From: Trichomonas gallinae
Lineage: Eukaryota
Assembly: GCA_008369845.1 (NCBI GenBank)
Contig: MRSU01011388.1
Span: forward strand, 1-35,270
Reading direction: 5' to 3'
DNA length: 35,270 bases
Part shown: positions 10,085-19,400 of the stretch, in pieces
Numbering within the stretch: position 1 is the stretch's first letter
Layout: each line of letters opens with the position of its first letter
Translations under genes and position numbers: made by a program
Notes under the pieces: generated by a model
What the model was told of the DNA's origin: nothing
Databases searched by the model: none
Seen by the model: only the letters and a program-made list of their open reading frames with translations

Positions 10085-12601
10085 TTATTGTATAAGCTTA
10101 CCGAACAAATAAGCAAGAGATTCATCTGGTGATCTAATTCTCAAGAATCCATTGATGACACCATCCTTTCCTTTCTTAGCGGAAATGTTCATTTCGACTT
10201 CTTCACCGAACAAGCTGCATGTGTATAAGTTTGCAGCTATGAATCCAGCATTCTTTGAAGTAACTTCAAGCTGCTCACGTGGTGTGATAATAGCGAACTT
10301 GTAGTTTTCAGCAATGCGGTCCAAGTACTTAACTAAGTCTGTTTCTGTAGTTGAAATGTCTATCTTCCTTTCCCAGACGGAAGCAGCCCATTTCGACCTG
10401 AAAACGGCCTCGCCGATCTTTGTTGGCTCGAAGCAGAAGAATGGATCGATGTTGATAGGAGCGAGTGGCAATAACTGGTGGTCGCTTCCTCCAGCGCCAG
10501 CGAAATCGAAGCTTACGGCGCCAAAAAGTGTTCCACAGGATCCGCTGGAAATCATAACAGGCAAATCGAATGTTGTTGATGCTCCTGGTGCAAGGCTGAG
10601 CAAGTCATTCCTCCTCAATATAGAAACATTGCCGACGGTAGTGAACTCGAAGAGGATATTTGTCAAAACGGCTTCAGTTCTGTTATACAATGTGATGTGA
10701 TAAACTCTGTCGAACTTTCTCAATGTGCATGAAGCTTCGACATACAATGTATCACTTGGCCCAGTCAGCTGAGCGATTGGCAAGTCAACTGTCTTGACTT
10801 CTTTCTGTGGCGCTTCTTCAGCAGTGTTCATCAAGACAGAGAAAGACATTGGTGTGGCGGCAGAAACAAATTCGACGTCCTGCGATTTTTGTGGTACAGC
10901 GTTCTTCCTTCTGTGCTCGAATGCATCATTAACTGATGCTTTGAACAACCTGCCGAGTTTTGGTGCTTCAGATGCTTTAACCCAGATGTTGCAGATATCT
11001 CTGGCATTCTTCTCGACATCTTTGAATCCGAGAGCTTTCTGTATGATTCCCTGTAAATCTTTGACATCAGCACCTCTTAATTTCGCCTTGACAACAGAAG
11101 CAATCAATGCCAATCCTAAGAAGCTAGATCCCTTCGCGAGGAGTTCTCTGAGTGTTCCACTAGATGGAGCTGTCTGCTTAGTTGTGTATGTTCCGTCTTC
11201 GTTGATGACTGTTGTCGCAGTAGCATTTTGAGCGCTGTCTTCTGACAATAAATCAATTAAAAGATTTGCGCCGACATTAGGATCTTCTGAGAACTCAGCG
11301 ACAGACCACATCGCTCTGGCAAGTATCGGCTGCTGGTCAGACATTTCCAGGGCAGCCGCGAAGAACTTGAAGGCTTCAGATTTAGCGCCAGCAATTCCGC
11401 AGTCTTTGAGTAATGTTGAAGAAAGCTCCGCGAGTTCTTTGTTCGGCTCATTGATGAATGGGCCAACAGAGCTCGCGATAACTGTGCATGTCTCTGGGTA
11501 TCTAAGCAATAGAGTCTTCAAGGCTTCGACCGAATCCCTGTCTTTAGACGCTATAAGAGGAACCAGAGCTAAAGCAGATTCCTTTGGAACAATGGATGTC
11601 AATAAACTCAGTAATCTTTGGTGTAGTTGTCCGCTTATTGATGCGCCTTGTGACATTTCGAGGCAGAGAGGAGCGAGTACGTCTGGATGCTCTTCTGCAA
11701 GTTCGATTAAGCACTGAACGACGAAAGCGCGCTGATTTTCGTCTGTGAGTGAAGTGAGAAGCTCGCAGTAGGCTGCTGATGTGGCGCGGACAGCGGATGG
11801 ACTTGAGGAAAGTGTGCGTAAAACGTTTGCAGCTTGAAGACGAACAATTGGCATATCATCTTCACAGAAATCGACAACAGATTCGAGAAGGCGAACTCTG
11901 AACTGTGGGAATCGCTGATATGCTGATGAGGCGATCTGTAGAATGGCAAGTTTCATGTCTTGTGATAAAAATTGCTGAATATTTATTGTTTGTTCTGTAG
12001 CTTCTTTAGGTGAGGCTGCAAATGCAGCATAAAGCATTGCTGGTACAACACGTTGATTTGATTCATGTGCAAAGCTTTCTAATATAGAGTCAGCGATATC
12101 ATGATCGAAACCTTTAACGTCTCTCGCTAATCTGCCAACCAAATGTGCAGCATACCAACGAACATATTCGTCTTGATGATCTAAGTTAGAAATAACAGCC
12201 GAAAGAAGCTGTTGTAGAATATCATGATCATTAATTTTGTAGAGAAAACGAATTGCAGCTCCTCTGACGTATTCATTTGGACTGAGTAAGAATTTTCTGA
12301 TAGCATCGTTGATTAAAATAAATTCTGGTCGCATTTCACCTCTTGCATCTCTGATTTCGATGTTTTCTAAGAACAAAAACAGCAGTTTGATAACGCGGTG
12401 ATCTATTGTTGTAGCTGTATATTGGATGATCGGCATCAATAAATGCGGCGGAACTGATTCTGTGAAGGATAATAAAACGATCTGCTCTAAAGCTTCGGCT
12501 TGTTTCGCTGGTTCATTTCTGTTTGTCAACTGCTTCCTTAAATCATCCCATTTTGGTTGCTTGTCTGGTTGATAATTGACCGAAAACCAGCCTTTGAGCA
12601 T
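10085..12601 (-). CDS. COPB1: Coatomer subunit beta (beta-COP), ~838 aa
   Basis: Adaptin-N trunk (LLSPNEYVRGAAIRFL, HQDEYVR), TVINEDGTY linker, appendage motifs QLTGPSDTLYVEA, FRSKWAASVWERKI, GFIAANLYTCSLFGEE and GFLRIRS. First ATG at 12601 (the track's 12610 start is the GTG of the M2 motif). Confidence 0.93.
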   Translation of the reverse strand: MLKGWFSVNYQPDKQPKWDDLRKQLTNRNEPAKQAEALEQIVLLSFTESVPPHLLMPIIQYTATTIDHRVIKLLFLFLENIEIRDARGEMRPEFILINDAIRKFLLSPNEYVRGAAIRFLYKINDHDILQQLLSAVISNLDHQDEYVRWYAAHLVGRLARDVKGFDHDIADSILESFAHESNQRVVPAMLYAAFAASPKEATEQTINIQQFLSQDMKLAILQIASSAYQRFPQFRVRLLESVVDFCEDDMPIVRLQAANVLRTLSSSPSAVRATSAAYCELLTSLTDENQRAFVVQCLIELAEEHPDVLAPLCLEMSQGASISGQLHQRLLSLLTSIVPKESALALVPLIASKDRDSVEALKTLLLRYPETCTVIASSVGPFINEPNKELAELSSTLLKDCGIAGAKSEAFKFFAAALEMSDQQPILARAMWSVAEFSEDPNVGANLLIDLLSEDSAQNATATTVINEDGTYTTKQTAPSSGTLRELLAKGSSFLGLALIASVVKAKLRGADVKDLQGIIQKALGFKDVEKNARDICNIWVKASEAPKLGRLFKASVNDAFEHRRKNAVPQKSQDVEFVSAATPMSFSVLMNTAEEAPQKEVKTVDLPIAQLTGPSDTLYVEASCTLRKFDRVYHITLYNRTEAVLTNILFEFTTVGNVSILRRNDLLSLAPGASTTFDLPVMISSGSCGTLFGAVSFDFAGAGGSDHQLLPLAPINIDPFFCFEPTKIGEAVFRSKWAASVWERKIDISTTETDLVKYLDRIAENYKFAIITPREQLEVTSKNAGFIAANLYTCSLFGEEVEMNISAKKGKDGVINGFLRIRSPDESLAYLFGKLIQ

Positions 12602-12605
12602 TATT

Positions 12606-12641
12606 GTCACTTTTAAGTCACCTTTTTAATTCCGTCACTTT
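12606..12641 (-). promoter_or_regulatory. Two AAAGTGAC (trichomonad M2) core-promoter motifs upstream of beta-COP
   Basis: GTCACTTT on + strand at 12606-12613 and 12634-12641, 5 and 33 nt upstream of the ATG. Confidence 0.65.
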
Positions 12642-13060
12642 TCATTTGTCATTTTTGTAATTTATTCAACATTTTATTTTCACTTTTCATTATTTAATTA
12701 CGATTTAGACAAGTTGTCAGCTTTTTTAATATAGTTTATAGAGTTTGATTCTGATGAAATGTGTTAATCCGATTCCTTCGTTGATGAAAGTTTGGAAGTT
12801 TTCGATCATTGTCTTTTTTTTTTTGAATGATTGATTCATATTTAGCTTTTTGATGATTTCAACTTTCATGAAATGTTTTGATGAAAACAATAGAATCTCT
12901 AATCTTTTATCTAGTGCAATGTTATATGTTTAATAATGATTGAACCATGCAGCTAAAAGCAATGAAGTCATATCATTTTATAAAAAAAAAAGTTTGTAAA
13001 TTACATTCATATAGATCTATTTATAAATTCAAACAAATAAAAATAATAACAAAAAAATAA

Positions 13061-15796
13061 TCAAAGTGAAGGGAATTGACTATGTGGCTTAGTGTTACCG
13101 ATTTCTAGCTTACGTTTTTCACGTGATGTGACTGATCCAAGCTTTTTGATGCACAGTTTTGGAATTTCTTGATTTCTGTTCAATCCTATAAGTTTCCTTG
13201 TTGCGCTCAATGATGTCATCGCTCTAGCAGTAGAGGGCGTGTATCCAACCTTAACGAATGCACCATCCTGCGTCCTTTTTTGAATAGCTTCGATTTTCCT
13301 CATTTGTTCTTCTTCGACATCTTTCCTCTTTTTGACAACTATTTCGTAATTTTTAGCAGCAGAATCCATGCACAATTCCATTTCTTTAGCCTGTCTCTGT
13401 ATTAAAGCAGCTTTCTGGGTCTTCATTTCATTATAAGCTCTTTCTTGAGCAACTCTTGTTTCATAAATTTCTAGTTCAGTTGCTTTTTGCCTAAAAATTT
13501 TTGCTTCTGAGAATAGTTTTGCTCTTGCAAGTCTCCTCTCTCTGTCTTTCAAAGCCAGAAGCTCAGCGCTCGGCTTTGTAAACTTCCTGAGGAAATCATC
13601 GTCATTCCATTTATTCTCGAATTCTTCGAGTTCTTGGATATGCCTCTTTTTGACATCTTCAATGTACTGATCGTTCGCCATCTTCGCTCTCCTCAAAGCA
13701 TTCTTCGTGTCATATTTCACACTGCACATCTGAGTCTTCGCTCTTTCGAGTTGCTCCTCCATCTTCATTTTGCGCTCATCAGATAGTTCTTTGGCTTCGC
13801 AGGCCGTGACTGCTTCTAAAACACGTTTAGAAAGATCGTATAGCTCTTGAGCCCTGTCGTAATCTCCGCATTCAATCGCTTCTACTCTTTCGCGCTGCAC
13901 TTCTCTGATCAATGATCCGCGATCTCTCATTGGCGGAAGTTTTCCTGTTTTACTGAATTTCTCCAATGCTTCTTGGTCTTCCGATCTCTGCTCGTCATCA
14001 CTTGTTTCTTCTTCGGCAACCCTCTTTGAAGATAATTTAGGAGATATGATTTTCGATGATTTAGTTTCTGTGTGAATGAAAATATTTTCATTGTCATCGC
14101 CAACTTTTTTCGACAAATCTAGTTTTTCCAATTTTTGTTGGTTATTTTTAGATTTGTCTTGATCATTATTATTATCTTCTTCTTGGACATTTTCTAGATT
14201 GGCTGTGGAAAGTTCACGAGTGCGAATTTGTGGTTCTTCGACTTCTTCAATCATTTCTATGTTGGATGTGCTTTTTTCGAAATTGTTATTGACTTCTTCA
14301 TCTTCTTCTTCGTTGAGTTCGTTTTGGGGAGTGACGTCGAGTCTTCTTCTCGATGAGAGAGTATTGAGGATGTTGTCAATGTTCTCCTGGTCAACACCAT
14401 GCTCGCTGTCTTCATCTATAGGTATGTCTGGAGTCACATCAAGTCTTCGCGTCGATTTTAATGTGTTGAGCAAAACGTCGATTTTATCTTCGCTAATTTC
14501 GCTTTCATCCTTTTCGTCTGTGATTTCTGGAGTAACAACAAGTCTTCTGTTGGCAGGGAGAGTCTGTAATATTGTGTCGATGTTCTCTAAGTTCTTATTT
14601 TCGAGAGAATCTTCTTCTTCCTCTTCAGCGATGCTTGGTGTGACAATATGACGCTTTGTTGACGGCAAAGTTTCTAAAAGTGTATCAATGTGTTCGTCTT
14701 TGAGCTCTTTTTCTTGTGTTTCTTCTATAATTTCTGGTGTGATTTCTGATTTTTTTACGTTTGGAAGAGTTTCCAGTAAATTATTTATGCTATCTTCTGT
14801 AATTATTGGGTGGTGCTCGTTTGGACTTGTGATACCAGTTGAATTATCCGGATTTTCGGAATTTTCCGGAATATCTGGTGTAACATCTGGCTTTTTGACG
14901 TTTGGAAGTGTTTCTAATATATCATTGATACTATCTTCAGTAACCATCTGTGGCTGCTCAACAATATCGCTAATTTCATTTGAATTATCGAAATTATCGA
15001 TATTTACTGGACTAACATGACTATCTGTTTGGCTTTCGGGTGAGAGCTCACTAACAAGTGGTGAATTCAAATTCCTTTCAACAGCAACTGGAGATATTTC
15101 TTCTTCTTCATTATCTGAAGCATCTGGTGTAACATCGAGTCTCCTTCCAGAAGGAAGAGTGTGTAGAAGGTTTTCAATCGTTTCTTCATGAACAAGACTG
15201 ACATTCGAATCTTCTTGAGGAATTTCTGGCGTAACAGCCAGTCTTCGACCAGATGGGAGTGTTTCTAGGAGCGTATCTATGACTTGCTCTTTGTTCTGTG
15301 CTTCTTCCTCTTCATCATTATTTTCTTTTTCTAAAACTTCAGCTGAAACAACCAATGGGCGGAAACTTTCTGGCTCTTGGTTGAAGTTGGCATCAGAGTG
15401 AACTTTAACTAAAGGCTCAGGAGATTTTACTCCAGATGTAGTCATTTGGCTTTTAGCTGATCCTGGCGCTGATATTTCAATGGGATCAAACGTAGATGAG
15501 AATGGAATGGGTTTAAAGATATTGTGCGTGCAAGATTGCTTTATCTTTTTTATATTCGAACTTTTTGATTCGATAGATTGATTTGGTTGATTTCTTTTGG
15601 GTATTGAATGAGTTTGAGAATATAATTCGTGGTTATTTTTAGATTTTAACTCCGTATTAATATTTTCTTGTTTATTTATCGAATTTTCATTTTGATCGGC
15701 TGGAATCAGCCTGCCAATATTGATATCTATCGAGTTTATGTTGTTTTGTAGTGATAATTCATTGTTGGATGCCTCTTTTTCTTTTGAATTCTCCAT
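13061..15796 (-). CDS. Uncharacterised protein (~911 aa): disordered acidic region with 8 internal repeats plus C-terminal coiled-coil domain
   Basis: First ATG at 15796. C-terminal motifs EAIECGDYDRAQEL and FTKPSAELLALKDRERRLARAKLFSEAKIFRQKATELE resemble a coiled-coil family seen in flagellated protists (recollection). Confidence 0.85.
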   Translation of the reverse strand: MENSKEKEASNNELSLQNNINSIDINIGRLIPADQNENSINKQENINTELKSKNNHELYSQTHSIPKRNQPNQSIESKSSNIKKIKQSCTHNIFKPIPFSSTFDPIEISAPGSAKSQMTTSGVKSPEPLVKVHSDANFNQEPESFRPLVVSAEVLEKENNDEEEEAQNKEQVIDTLLETLPSGRRLAVTPEIPQEDSNVSLVHEETIENLLHTLPSGRRLDVTPDASDNEEEEISPVAVERNLNSPLVSELSPESQTDSHVSPVNIDNFDNSNEISDIVEQPQMVTEDSINDILETLPNVKKPDVTPDIPENSENPDNSTGITSPNEHHPIITEDSINNLLETLPNVKKSEITPEIIEETQEKELKDEHIDTLLETLPSTKRHIVTPSIAEEEEEDSLENKNLENIDTILQTLPANRRLVVTPEITDEKDESEISEDKIDVLLNTLKSTRRLDVTPDIPIDEDSEHGVDQENIDNILNTLSSRRRLDVTPQNELNEEEDEEVNNNFEKSTSNIEMIEEVEEPQIRTRELSTANLENVQEEDNNNDQDKSKNNQQKLEKLDLSKKVGDDNENIFIHTETKSSKIISPKLSSKRVAEEETSDDEQRSEDQEALEKFSKTGKLPPMRDRGSLIREVQRERVEAIECGDYDRAQELYDLSKRVLEAVTACEAKELSDERKMKMEEQLERAKTQMCSVKYDTKNALRRAKMANDQYIEDVKKRHIQELEEFENKWNDDDFLRKFTKPSAELLALKDRERRLARAKLFSEAKIFRQKATELEIYETRVAQERAYNEMKTQKAALIQRQAKEMELCMDSAAKNYEIVVKKRKDVEEEQMRKIEAIQKRTQDGAFVKVGYTPSTARAMTSLSATRKLIGLNRNQEIPKLCIKKLGSVTSREKRKLEIGNTKPHSQFPSL
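14325..15283 (-). repeat. Eight coding repeats, consensus I(D/N/E)x(L/I)LxTLPxx(R/K)(R/K)LxVTP(E/D)I
   Basis: IDTLLETLPSGRRLAVTPEI, IENLLHTLPSGRRLDVTPDA, INDILETLPNVKKPDVTPDI, INNLLETLPNVKKSEITPEI, IDTLLETLPSTKRHIVTPSI, IDTILQTLPANRRLVVTPEI, IDVLLNTLKSTRRLDVTPDI, IDNILNTLSSRRRLDVTPQN. Confidence 0.92.
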
Positions 15797-16082
15797 CAAT
15801 GAAAAATAAAACAATTTTTTTTCAAAAAAACGTTTTTTAGAATTTTTTTAACGTGCATTATACAATAATTGTTACATTTTACATGTCAAAATTTAAAGAA
15901 ATATGACAAGTAAAATTATAATTGAATTGATATTTGACACGTAAAATCAAAACTGTTTGATCTTAAGTCATCTCATATGTTGGTTGTAACTAATAGTGTG
16001 AAATTTATTTATTTTTGACGGGAAATAATCATTTAATGAAATTGTCGAATTATGAAATAAACTGGCTTCGATAAAATGATCT

Positions 16083-16271
16083 CTATACAAGGAGTTTGAT
16101 AACTTCATGATAACTATAATATGAAGCCCAAATCAGTGCTGTTCTGTTGTCTTAGTCTTTTGGATTGACATTTTTTCCTGGAACTGTGAGAAGATGTTTA
16201 GCAATTTCAAGATGATTTTCATCTGAAGCAATAATCAAAGCTGTATCATTGTTCCAGCGCTTTGCATTGGC
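16083..16271 (-). pseudogene. Two-repeat ankyrin gene fragment in the divergent intergenic region
   Basis: Minus strand reads ANAKRWNNDTALIIASDENHLEIAKHLLTVPGKNVNPKD*DNRTALIWASYYSYHEVIKLLV*, with an internal TAA at 16152-16154. Confidence 0.85.
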
Positions 16272-16386
16272 ATGTTATTGTTGAATTATAAAGTATTGCT
16301 GTAACATACTTTATCTTAGAGAATTGTTGTCTTTGCGTCGAATTCAAGATATGACAAAAAACAATTTGAAAATAAGGTTATTTTCC

Positions 16387-16435
16387 AAAAGTGACACAAT
16401 AAAATACGTTTTGACATGTAAAGCTCAAAAGTGAC
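16387..16435 (+). promoter_or_regulatory. Two AAAAGTGAC (M2) motifs upstream of the large acidic-protein gene
   Basis: AAAAGTGAC at 16387-16395 and 16427-16435; ATG at 16443. Confidence 0.65.
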
Positions 16436-16442
16436 AGATTTA

Positions 16443-19400
16443 ATGAATCTTTCTTATAATTTCAGGAAATTCACTCAAGAAGAACAAGCTCGTAATTCAG
16501 ATAGTTCTGTGAGGAAAATCCGCGTCAGTTCTAAGAAAGATAAATCGAATGAACCGCAATCTCGTTTATCTTATCAATCGCTAGCTTCATATTATGGCGA
16601 AGCAAACGTTGAAGAGCAAAGAGCACGAAAATTGGAGACGGAAATTGAAGGTTTGCACAACGAAGTTCGCATATTAAGAGAACATCTACAAATAACTCAA
16701 CAAAAATATAAAGAACTTACTGCTGATAGTTTAGGATTGCAAATTTCACGCACTTTTGAACCTTCTACGCTCACAATTAGCCCAACTCAGAAAAAAAAGG
16801 CGGAAGAAATCGCAAATCTCAAGAACCAAAGCATAGAATTAGAAAATCGTATTTCAACTTTGAGAGAACTATTATCAGATGAAAGCATCAGAATTTTAAG
16901 ATTCGATATTCAATCACAGCGCGAAATGAAAAATATAACCGAGAAAAGCATTGAAAATGATAAAAAACAGCTTAAAATTACACGAGATAGAATCAATGAA
17001 TTACATCAAATTGACGAAAACCAATTAATTCTTCAACAACAAGAAATTATCGACGAATTACACAACAAAGTCAACGAAGCTGTTGATAAGCACCGCAAAA
17101 TCAAAGCCATCGCTACTTCAATGGCTCAAGGTTACGATGTTGACGACGAAGTCATTGATTTTGTTTGTAACGAATATCTTCCTGAAGAAAACGAAGAGAT
17201 TGCGCACTTGCAACAGAAACTAAATAAGAGAAGAGTCATATTGGAGAAGAAGGAAGAAGAATATAACGCAAGTTTACAACAAAATGAATTAACAATGCAA
17301 TTAGCAATAAGACAGGCTCAATTAGAAGAGCGAACAAAAGCTCTTGAAAAGGAGACACAAATGCAGAAAGCACAGCTCAATGCAATCAACACAGGAATTC
17401 CATTTGATAATCTTGATTCAATCAGCTCAGAATTGATCGAGGAAAGGGAAAAGATGACTCTTGGCCCATTCCAACAACGTGTTTCCAGGAGAAAACTCGC
17501 AACAGCTTTGATTCCTTACGGAGACTTAGAAAATATAACTGTCGAAAATTTCGATGGACAGTACTATGCTTTTGTCATGTTCAAAGAGAAAGGTGTCGCT
17601 AACCAAGCAGCCTTAGAACTTGATGGAACAACCATATACGGTACCCCTATAAACGCAACATCGAACTGCGAAGAAATACAAGAAAGGAGGACAAGACGCA
17701 AGAATGTTAAACGCGTCAGAAAACCGCCGCAGATGGACCTAAAGGAACAAGTTACAAACGTTTTTGAAAAATCGAAACCGGAGTCGAAAATCAACTCGGC
17801 GAATAATTCGCAGATAAACCTATCACCTATAACATCCCCAACAGGCAAAGACGCGCAAAAAGATCTTCAAATTCATAATATTTTTGATAAACTTATCGAA
17901 GGACAACAAAAATCATCCGACGACATTAAAAACAATAATGATAATGCAACTACAGAAAATCATACTGATAAAAATCATGATGAAAACATTCCTCAAATTA
18001 ATCATGATGAAAAAATTGACGAAAACATCAATGATAAAAATTATGATGAAAAAATTAATGATAAAAATCATAATGAACAATTTAATGATAATAACAATAA
18101 TGGAGAAAATATTCCACAAGTTAATCATGATGAAAACATGCAGAAGAAGTCAGATAATGATTTACAAAATGCAAAAATCGAAGAAAATAATTCAATCAAG
18201 CCTATTGGACTTGCCGAGAGAATTGTTGAGCTTGTCGATACAAATAATAACAATGCAGAAAAAGAGCAAGTTAAAACAGAAGATGGAAAACTTCCAGAGT
18301 TAACTAATTTGCTTATAGGCAATGACAATCAAACTCCACAAAGCGAAGAAAAATCGCCAACAAATGAAAATACAAATCAAGAAAACAACGAAAATAAACC
18401 AAAAGAAGAAGTTCATAGACCGCTTTCTTTTGGTGGTTTTGGTTTTGCAACAAAATTATCAAATCTTATCAAAGAAGACAAACAAGAAAACAAGGAAGAA
18501 AGCAAACCAATTCTTGCAAGAGATTTCAAACAAATTCAAAATGAAATTCAAGAAGATAAACAAGAAAACAATCAAGAAAACAAGCCAATACTTGCAAGAA
18601 TTTTTACTCCAGTTCAACAAAAACAAGATAATTCTCAGACAAATGATGAATCTAAGCAAGAAAATGAAGAGAAAGCAAATGAAATTCAAGAAGGAAGTCA
18701 TCAAGATAAAGAAAAATCATCAACAAAGCCTGATTACGCAGAAAAATCCGTTAATGTCAACGAAGAGGAAGAAACAGGAAGCGAATATGAGCACATAACA
18801 CGAGATATTGCTTTCCACGACATATTCAAGAGAGAAGCAATTCCAAAGACACCAAAGAAGCCTCAAGTTCTTGATCGCTCGCTAAATCTCGATCAGGACA
18901 AAACAAATCAAGCTTCACCACCAACAACATGCAGCAGCTCAGACAAATATACAACACCTAACAACACAGAAAGCAAGGAATTCTTCCAGCAACCGGAAGA
19001 AAAAGTTGTCTCAGAAGAAACCAAACTAGAAGAAAAACCAACAGAAGCAAAATCAGAAGAAAAGATTCAGGAATCCGAATCAGTGCCATTGGACACCAAC
19101 CATTCTAATGATGAAAACAATGAAACAAAACCTGACAATAAACAAGAAAAATTAGACAACATCGAAAATGTTGACGAAAAAGCTGACAAAGATGAAAATC
19201 ATGACAATGCGGAAGAAAAACATGAAGATCAAAATGAAAAACATGACAACATAGAAGAAAAAGTTGATGTTCTAGAAGAAAAACATGAAAGTCAAGATGA
19301 AAAACATGATAAGACAGAGGAAAATGCCGACAATAAAAATGAAAAGCTTGACAGCCAAGAAGGAAAAGATCTTGTTATGGAAGATAAACATGACAATGAG

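Noticed and set aside
9151..16442. ORF-track starts at 9192 (TTG), 12610 (GTG), 15814 (TTG) and 16431 (GTG)
   Set aside because: Eukaryotic context; an in-frame ATG follows within 3-14 codons, and two of the GTGs belong to the AAAGTGAC motif.
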